From the NCBI GenBank assembly GCA_038845975.1, contig JAWBQF010000046.1:1-14698 (forward strand): 14,698 nucleotides of DNA, written 5' to 3'. Below, piece by piece: positions 8,478 through 14,698 of this stretch. The DNA comes from Candidatus Methanomethylicia archaeon (GTDB lineage: Archaea; Thermoproteota; Methanomethylicia; CALHIW01). The notes beneath the pieces were generated by a model. The model did no database searches. It was not told the DNA's origin and saw only the letters and a list, made by a program, of their open reading frames with translations. The first letter of the stretch is position 1. Every line of letters begins with the position of its first letter. The position numbers and the translations under genes were made by a program.

Positions 8478-8721
8478 CGTTTTCCTTTGTTGTTATTATG
8501 TAGCTTATTATGCTTTTATATTGTTCATTTACTTTAAGTGCTGCTTCCGCAATTTTTAGGCTAGTATCTCTATCTAATTTATCAACAACAACCAAAACAT
8601 TACTATCGTAGAATGTTGGCGAATCATCAGGAAGAGCTATAATAGAAACTAAATTATCTGTTAGAGAATCATGAAGTAACTCAGTAAATCTTACATAAGT
8701 AACTAATAATCTAGAGTATAT
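8431..8721 (-). pseudogene. Degenerate MNT-like (nucleotidyltransferase-fold) partner of the HEPN gene; no in-frame ATG/GTG/TTG near the 5' end
   Basis: Stop-to-stop frame ...RFTELLHDSLTDNLVSIIALPDDSPTFYDSNVLVVVDKLDRDTSLKIAEAALKVNEQYKSIISYII...IRKTYE*. It overlaps the HEPN start by 47 nt. TTTAAATA (8726-8719) lies 22 nt before ATG 8696, which is followed directly by TAA; one added base would put that ATG in frame (88 aa). Confidence 0.65.
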
Positions 8722-8912
8722 TTAAAGATAATCTATCTATGAAATCATACCTAAGGTTACCGTGGGAATACTGAAAATTATACTGCATTTCATATCATAG
8801 TAGAGTATTCAGTAGCCTCATGATTCTACTCGTAATATCCACTATATTATGTTATTTCAATATTTAAAAGGGATTTCGAAAAGCTTATATGTGTGGCTAG
8901 ATTAGCTTTATT

Positions 8913-9143
8913 ATGTCTGAAAAGGTTAGTATAAAAATATCTAGAGAGCTTTATGAAGCTATATTAAAAAAGCTTCAGAATTATGTTGAATTTAGCTCTA
9001 TCGAGGATTTCATTGAACACGTATTGTGGGATTTCATAATAAGTGAGGAGGAAGTATATGATGATATATATGACTTTAATGATGTTTTCGATGATGTTCC
9101 TGAAGACAATGGAAAACCTGCAAAGGGATTTAGCTATCTTTAA
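8913..9143 (+). CDS. CopG/ribbon-helix-helix transcription regulator
   Basis: Beta-ribbon VSIKIS, helix ELYEAILKKL, turn plus helix FSSIEDFIEHVL, acidic tail. AAAG-CTTATAT ends 22 nt before the ATG. Confidence 0.8.
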   Translation: MSEKVSIKISRELYEAILKKLQNYVEFSSIEDFIEHVLWDFIISEEEVYDDIYDFNDVFDDVPEDNGKPAKGFSYL

Positions 9144-9461
9144 GCTCATAAAGACATTATTATCTAATTAAAGATTAAATAATTTGCATCATAATGATGT
9201 AGACATTTTCTCTACGATAAGTAGACTACGTTGTTTAGGATTTATTGCAAGATGCATTAATAGCTATGGTATTTTTAAAGTTCTATTAGTGTACGGTTAA
9301 TTCTAGATAGTTTATAGTAGCTATAATTTAACATAATTGCTTAAACCTTATTGTTCATAGTATCCTGAAACATCATTATTACCCAGTCTAGAATACATAT
9401 GTTTATTTTGACCTGTATAGTTTCTTAATTACTTCAAATTCTTATTGCTTAATTAGCTTAA

Positions 9462-9494
9462 GCTTTACAAACTTAAGTATGTTCATAATCTCTA
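9462..9494 (-). mobile_element. Degenerate IS6-like right-end relic
   Basis: Minus strand TAGAGATTATGAACATACTTAAGTTTGTAAAGC versus TAGAGGTAATAAACATGCTTAAGTTAACAAAGC (3247-3279): 26/33, ungapped. Confidence 0.5.
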
Positions 9495-9794
9495 ACTATA
9501 CTTCTATAAGTCTCAATTTAAGACTTATTGACTATTAATTGTAGAACATTAAGTCTTTCTGGCTTTTAGTTATCTTTATGAAATAAACAATTAAATGCAT
9601 AATATTTTCATATCTAAAGCTTATAAAATATTAAATTAAGTTAAAAATAAACTTACTATTTAGGCTATATCTTACTAGTAAGAGTATTTATCTATTTCTA
9701 ATGAGATAAACTGATTCTTTAATTAGGTTTATTGATTGTATCCAGCTATTATAAGATTTATTATATTTAAGCTTTTTTATTTTATGATGGAAAG

Positions 9795-10991
9795 ATGTAT
9801 ATTTTCCTAGCTTATACTGTATCTATGCTTGAACTATTAAGTATGGTTGTGTTTACATCGTATCTTATTCAGCTTTTTCATGTAATGGTTTCAATTTATG
9901 GCTTATACTCTAATATAAGTAGTGAAGTATGGATTAATCCCCCTCCAAACTCTAGCTCTAGAGTCTGTATTTTAATTCCAGTATATATGGAGAATGTTGA
10001 GAGTATTATGAAGTCTTTTAATAGTATAGTGAAGCAGAAGTATCCTAGGAGTTTAATGAGGGTTATTGTTATTGCTGAAAGGAATGATGGAGATACTATT
10101 AGAAATGTTGAGAAATGTTTACCAGTTCTTGAGGAGCATAATATTAGGTATAAGCTGGTAATTAAGGATTCTCCTAGGAGTAGTAAGGCATCATCGTTAA
10201 ACTATGTTTTAAATGATGTATATGAAGATATTGTAGGTGTTTATGATGCTGATGATGATGTTGCTGATGAATATCAGATAGCTAAAGCAGTAGGAATGAT
10301 TAATAGCGGATATGATGCTTTAGGTGTTAAGGTATATAGGGTTGGTGAAGGTATTCTTCAAAGTCTTGCAATGATTGACTGTATTTTCTGGTATGAAATA
10401 CTACTACCTGCACTATCAAGAATTCTCGGTTGTCCATTAATAAGTGGTGAGGGATTATTCATAACTAGGAAAACATTAAAGAATTTAAGCGGTTTTCCTG
10501 AAGCTCTAGCTGAAGATGCTATGCTTTCTATCTATTTTATTTCAAAAAAGCTTAATGTAGGCTTAATGAATAGCATAGTTTATGAGAAAGCCCCCTCAAA
10601 TATTTTAAGCCTAGTTAAACAGAGAATTAGATGGCATCGCGGATATTTTCAATGTGTAGTTAAAACATTAAAAACTGAAATACCACTCAAAACTAAAGTA
10701 ATCTTATTAATGGTTTATCTATCTCCTCTAGGCTTGTTTGCTGTTAGTATAGCCTTTACCCATCTACTTCTCGTAGTCACTATAAATGTAGGTAGTACAG
10801 TAATGTTATGGTGGAGTTTAGCAATAGTTCTCGGATCCTTTCTCGCTCCATTCTCTATTATTGAAGAAAAATATAGGATAAACTATATATCCATGCTCCT
10901 CTATACACCATACAGAATCATGCTTGGATTTGTAGCTATACTTTCACTCATCATACCTAGAGTTAGCTGGTATAAAACTATGAGGAATTGA
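9795..10991 (+). CDS. Membrane-bound processive GT2 glycosyltransferase (CESA/PgaC-like)
   Basis: ILIPVYME, KASSLN, DADD (DxD), AED (TED-like) and QRIRW (QxxRW); one N-terminal and several C-terminal TM segments. Confidence 0.92.
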   Translation: MYIFLAYTVSMLELLSMVVFTSYLIQLFHVMVSIYGLYSNISSEVWINPPPNSSSRVCILIPVYMENVESIMKSFNSIVKQKYPRSLMRVIVIAERNDGDTIRNVEKCLPVLEEHNIRYKLVIKDSPRSSKASSLNYVLNDVYEDIVGVYDADDDVADEYQIAKAVGMINSGYDALGVKVYRVGEGILQSLAMIDCIFWYEILLPALSRILGCPLISGEGLFITRKTLKNLSGFPEALAEDAMLSIYFISKKLNVGLMNSIVYEKAPSNILSLVKQRIRWHRGYFQCVVKTLKTEIPLKTKVILLMVYLSPLGLFAVSIAFTHLLLVVTINVGSTVMLWWSLAIVLGSFLAPFSIIEEKYRINYISMLLYTPYRIMLGFVAILSLIIPRVSWYKTMRN

Positions 10992-11160
10992 TTTAAACCC
11001 TAATTGTCAATTACTATATTAAGATTACGTTAACGGTTAGGAAACATCCTAAAATAAGCTTGTATAGTATAGAGTTTAAAGCTGAGTATATCAATAAATT
11101 GTTTAAGCCATTTTGAAATACTTATTAGTAGCCAAGGATTTAAAATGATAGAAACTAATT

Positions 11161-11170
11161 TAAAAAATAA
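11161..11170 (-). terminator. Possible oligo-T terminator of the ESCRT-III gene
   Basis: Minus strand TTATTTTTTA about 20 nt after the stop. The background is AT-rich, so support is weak. Confidence 0.3.
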
Positions 11171-11187
11171 TTGGTTGTTGATTAGTA

Positions 11188-11838
11188 TCATCCTAAATTC
11201 TTGCTTTTCTCTATAGATACCTTTTCCGCAGCTACAGGTATTTCTGGGAATTTCTCTCTCATTCTTTGCTCAGCTACTGTGTATGCCTCCTTTAGAATGT
11301 TTTGAGCTTCTCCTGTAGCCTCTATTTCAATTCCTCCAGAAACAGCAACTCCAGCATCTATCATTATGCTATTTAAAGTCTCATTTACTTCGCTAAGTTC
11401 ATAGCTTACCTGCGGCATAACACCTAGAAGTTGTCCTCTAATAGCATTAACAACCCTTGATACAGGAGCTACTACTGCAGCTATATCTCCAAACTCTTGT
11501 ATTGTTTGAAGTCTTAAGTGAACCTGCTCTAGTGCAAGCTGGCTTCTAAGGATGAGGGAGGCAACCTTCCTAACCTCAGCGCACTCTGCAGCATACATTT
11601 TTGCTCTAAGTTCATCTTTTAATGATAAAGCATCCACGCATTTATTAAAGAGCTCTTTATCTCTTTGCTGAAGTCTATAGGCCTCCTGTTCAAGTCTTGA
11701 TTTAAGAGAGCTTATTCTATAACTTACCTGTATTAATCTTTCTCTTAATCCTGGTCCTGGACGTACAGCTCCTACCATTCTTTCAAAGATAGATTTTCCA
11801 GGCTCACTTCCCCATTTCTTAGCGAAACTATTAGACAT
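11188..11838 (-). CDS. cdvB: ESCRT-III/Snf7-family protein (CdvB paralog, CdvB1/B2-like, no winged-helix extension)
   Basis: RDKELFNKCV.A...D..RAKMYA.ECAEVRK, LALEQV.LRLQTI.EFGD, VMP.VS.EL and EA..IL.EA...AE, ending with a MIM2-like KFPEIP. At 216 aa it leaves no room for a C-terminal wH domain. Confidence 0.9.
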   Translation of the reverse strand: MSNSFAKKWGSEPGKSIFERMVGAVRPGPGLRERLIQVSYRISSLKSRLEQEAYRLQQRDKELFNKCVDALSLKDELRAKMYAAECAEVRKVASLILRSQLALEQVHLRLQTIQEFGDIAAVVAPVSRVVNAIRGQLLGVMPQVSYELSEVNETLNSIMIDAGVAVSGGIEIEATGEAQNILKEAYTVAEQRMREKFPEIPVAAEKVSIEKSKNLG

Positions 11839-11866
11839 GGATATCGATACTATTACTCTACAGTCC

Positions 11867-11880
11867 TTATATAGCTTATT
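11867..11880 (-). promoter_or_regulatory. BRE/TATA promoter of the ESCRT-III gene
   Basis: Minus strand AATAAG-CTATATAA, ending 28 nt before ATG 11838. Confidence 0.55.
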
Positions 11881-12081
11881 AAGACTTAAACTATATCTAA
11901 CTATATAATAGCATACAATATGTTCAACCCATTAACTCCAGTTGATATTCTACTATATGCTATTAAGGCTTAATTCACAGTTACACTATAATATTCTAAA
12001 TGTTTCAGCAATATAAATGTTAGAGTAGTTTAATAAGTGGAATTTATTCGCAGCCGTATTTACTAGGTTATGTTGATGAGT

Positions 12082-12693
12082 CTAATTTCTAGTCTTAATA
12101 TGTACCTCTATATAGTCCTTGAATAATAGCCAGAATACAAATATACCTAGAATTAAACCTAAACCTATCGATACTCCTAAACCTATAGCATACTTTATCT
12201 CGGAGCTGAGAGAGGTTAAGTCTATCAATACAATTATTATTAGTAGAAGTATTATTAGTACTAGTGTGTTTTCCAATTTTCTCTCTATTTTAACATACTT
12301 CATGAATGCGTCTAGGCTAATAATAAAGATCAATGTCAGTATAGCTATGCTAATTATTCTAGAAGTGTATAGGATTATGCTTGTATATAGCTGTTCATCA
12401 ACTATTATTATCTTACAAATCATAGCTACTCCTACCATTAATAATCCTAAATCGGCAAACATCATTATTAAGGTGGTTAAGGATGCACGTAGGCCTCCGG
12501 GGATTAGACTGTTAATAAGCTGCTCTAAATTAAAGATCTTAACCATCCATTTAATGAATTTGTTTAAAAGCTTGATTAGAAGAAGTATTAATACTGCTAT
12601 GATGATGGAGAAAGCTATTTTAGGAAAGATAAGTACGGCTTCTGAAAATATGGAGTTAATAATTAATACAAATTCTTCAGGCAAGGATAACAT
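12082..12693 (-). CDS. Small multi-pass membrane protein; N-terminus resembles the conserved TM helix of MscS/CmpX-like proteins
   Basis: About 5 hydrophobic segments. The P-K-I...L...NK.I.......LE.LI pattern is reminiscent of that TM repeat. No MscS cytoplasmic beta domain. GGTGG SD overlaps the upstream stop, with a 9-nt gap. Confidence 0.65.
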   Translation of the reverse strand: MLSLPEEFVLIINSIFSEAVLIFPKIAFSIIIAVLILLLIKLLNKFIKWMVKIFNLEQLINSLIPGGLRASLTTLIMMFADLGLLMVGVAMICKIIIVDEQLYTSIILYTSRIISIAILTLIFIISLDAFMKYVKIERKLENTLVLIILLLIIIVLIDLTSLSSEIKYAIGLGVSIGLGLILGIFVFWLLFKDYIEVHIKTRN

Positions 12694-12702
12694 TTAAACC
12701 AC

Positions 12703-14013
12703 CTATACTAGGAGAGTAGCTAAGCGATATATAAGGTAGAGTACTGTTACAAGAATGGTTAATGCTAGTAATTGAAGAGTTAGCTTAATTGCTTGTTTAG
12801 AGGTCTCCATAGTGAAAGTATATCCCATAATACCTATGTAATATATAAGTCTACCGTAACCGTAAGCTGTTTTAACTGGGATAATGGCTGATTCAGGTAT
12901 TGCTAATAGTGAAAGAATGAGAGCTGATAATTTATACATGGATGCTAGCAGGAATAAAATAAATGGATTCCTTGCATACATACCTGTAAGGGAAGCTATT
13001 AAGAGTCCAAGAGGATTTGCTGCAGTAAGAAGGGTTGATGCTTCAACTATACCTAGTGAAACTATATACTTAGAATATATTGATAAAGCAATGAAGTTAA
13101 AGCCAACGAAACTCATGGATAGAACAGCTGAATATATTAGATGAATTGGAGGCCATGGAGTAAAGAAGATCAGTAGAGTAGTAATACTATTCAGCATCAT
13201 AGCATAAATATATTTCCTAAATCCCCTCCAAAGATAGGGGCCAATAATACCTCCAATATTTCCAGCAAAACTTAATGCTGTAACTAAATATAGTGGTGTA
13301 TTCATTTCCTTTAGAAGAGATGCCCAGCTTAATCCAACTAGATTAGCACCAGCTAAGGAGAGTGTAAGCATTATGAAGATATTGACTCTTCTAACCTCCA
13401 TGTGTTCACTCTTCACTTCACTTCTATGTATACTGTTACGTAAGGTATTTGATGGATAAAATACTAGGGATATGGAGGCTACTAAACCTATTAAAGATCC
13501 TGAAACATATGATATATAGTAGCTATCCGGAGCCTTAATTGTAGCTGTAGTATAAACGATGAATAAACCACCTAGTATTGAGGCTGTTGAGCCGAGAGCA
13601 GATCTTAAAATGTTAACATCTATAAGTTCATCATTTCTAAAACTTAAAAATATAGCTATATTCAGTAAGATACTGGCTGGAATAGCCATAGCCTGAGATA
13701 ATGCATACATGACTGATAGAAAATCAGGAAACTCCATAATAAACGGTAGAATCATCCAGAAAACTCTTTCACAAATATGTACTGCTACCAGCCTAGTTTT
13801 AACACTACTGGAAACTAGGCTAGGTCTAGTATAAATTAAATAGGAAACAAGAATACTAAGAAATGCTGCAGATAAATTAACATAAAATAAGAGATAAAGA
13901 GAATAATTTTGATATGTAAGCATAGGTATGAATAAATTCCTAGTAATAGCTATATAGAAGTTACTGAAAAAAGCCTCCATAGCCATTAAGACTTTACTAC
14001 TACTTCTCTGCAT
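12703..14013 (-). CDS. Divergent MFS-like membrane transporter
   Basis: 436 aa with 12 or more hydrophobic segments in two halves separated by a polar loop. Canonical motif A is not clear. TTTTAAAG lies 19 nt upstream. Confidence 0.65.
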   Translation of the reverse strand: MQRSSSKVLMAMEAFFSNFYIAITRNLFIPMLTYQNYSLYLLFYVNLSAAFLSILVSYLIYTRPSLVSSSVKTRLVAVHICERVFWMILPFIMEFPDFLSVMYALSQAMAIPASILLNIAIFLSFRNDELIDVNILRSALGSTASILGGLFIVYTTATIKAPDSYYISYVSGSLIGLVASISLVFYPSNTLRNSIHRSEVKSEHMEVRRVNIFIMLTLSLAGANLVGLSWASLLKEMNTPLYLVTALSFAGNIGGIIGPYLWRGFRKYIYAMMLNSITTLLIFFTPWPPIHLIYSAVLSMSFVGFNFIALSIYSKYIVSLGIVEASTLLTAANPLGLLIASLTGMYARNPFILFLLASMYKLSALILSLLAIPESAIIPVKTAYGYGRLIYYIGIMGYTFTMETSKQAIKLTLQLLALTILVTVLYLIYRLATLLV

Positions 14014-14509
14014 AATCCATCAAGCTAATCAGCTTTAAAATTAGTATAGTTCTTCAATACTTACCATATTACAATAATTAACATTCCATATCTTCACAAC
14101 TATACACCGGAACAGCCACTAAGTAACCCCACTTATAAAGCTAACTATCTATTAAAGGAATTTGTGAAATTTAGATATAGTTAATGGTTTAATTTAATAA
14201 GACATAGTAGAGAACACTGAGAACTGGAGGGCTTTAATTCTCTATATAATCAAATAGAGCTCATGTAAATTATTAATATACTAGCGAATCGAAGGAAATA
14301 TTTTGCATGTAAACTCTTAAAACCATTATGTAATAATTTCTAATAAGCTTTATTGTCTTCTGTTACATGAATCTTTCTGCTATAACGTTAGCTTTAAATA
14401 CTAACTATAACTGGAATTATACATATGGAAAATATACTTTATAGAAATATTGATTTAAATTGATGGGCAAAAACCGGTAGGAGAGTTTTAGTTTACGGTA
14501 GAAGGAAGA

Positions 14510-14698
14510 GGCTTTGTTAACTTTAGCTTTATTTGGGTTTTTCTCCTTTATTTATGGTGTGTTTATGTCTAAGGTTATTAGATTTGTTGGGAGAGAACTC
14601 CATTTACTTTAGTTGTTTATTGCTTATATATATTTTCGTTCATCTAGGATGGTTTCGGATATTTTAATTTTTATTGTTGTTAGGAGTTATGTATCTAT
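14510..14698 (+). mobile_element. Second copy of the IS6-family element (left end; truncated by the window edge; frameshifted)
   Basis: Perfect TIR GGCTTTGTTAACTT (14510-14523), collinear with 2575-2758. ATG 14565 gives MSKVIRFVG, then shifted frames ERTPFTLVVYCLYIF and RSSRMVSDIL...RSYVS (N-terminal HTH region). Confidence 0.85.

Noticed and set aside
9219-9300. Short frame SRLRCLGFIARCINSYGIFKVLLVYG resembling a transposase segment
   Set aside because: Too short and too weak to assign without a search.
11037-11052. TTAGGA-AACA-TCCTAA hairpin between GT2 and the ESCRT-III gene
   Set aside because: A 6-bp stem is expected by chance.
823-13144. Shadow ORFs 823-1005, 2081-2314, 3328-3612, 3609-3908, 4837-5037, 4893-5096, 5571-5909, 8964-9149, 12119-12697 and 12884-13144
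   Set aside because: They lie antisense or out of frame within well-supported genes and show no recognisable motifs. Antisense frames of hydrophobic genes are often open.
14078-14375. Patches resembling the relic at 1544-1600 (ACATTCCATATCTTCA; CATGTAAACT)
   Set aside because: These are 10-16-nt matches in very AT-rich DNA and cannot be separated from chance by eye.
1-14698. CRISPR array, tRNA or rRNA genes
   Set aside because: No regularly spaced repeats and no GC-rich structured RNA segment were seen.

Overview
AT-rich archaeal DNA, most likely TACK/Thermoproteota-type (inferred from a CdvB/ESCRT-III gene, an archaeal ATPase and TATA boxes about 20-28 nt upstream of several start codons). 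Intact genes: archaeal P-loop ATPase, SDR oxidoreductase, YkgJ-like Cys-cluster protein, two MFS-type transporters, TSUP (TauE/SafE) exporter, C_GCAxxG_C_C redox protein, RHH regulator, processive GT2 glycosyltransferase, a stand-alone ESCRT-III (CdvB paralog) and a small multi-TM protein. Reading the raw sequence adds several features missing from the ORF track: a DCC-family (DxxCxxC) gene running off the left edge; a full-length decayed IS6-family element with TIRs and an 8-bp target duplication, plus a second copy and several end relics; a remnant of a second IS6 type; a DUF1641 fragment; and a degenerate MNT-HEPN pair in which each gene is one base short, with the HEPN break on an A-AAA-AAG slippery heptamer inside the RxxxxY motif. 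No CRISPR array, tRNA or rRNA was seen. No new system can be established from the sequence alone. The best leads are the MNT-HEPN frameshift, a 28/29-nt copy of TSUP coding sequence in nearby non-coding DNA, and the context of the orphan ESCRT-III. Family assignments come from motif recognition, not database searches.
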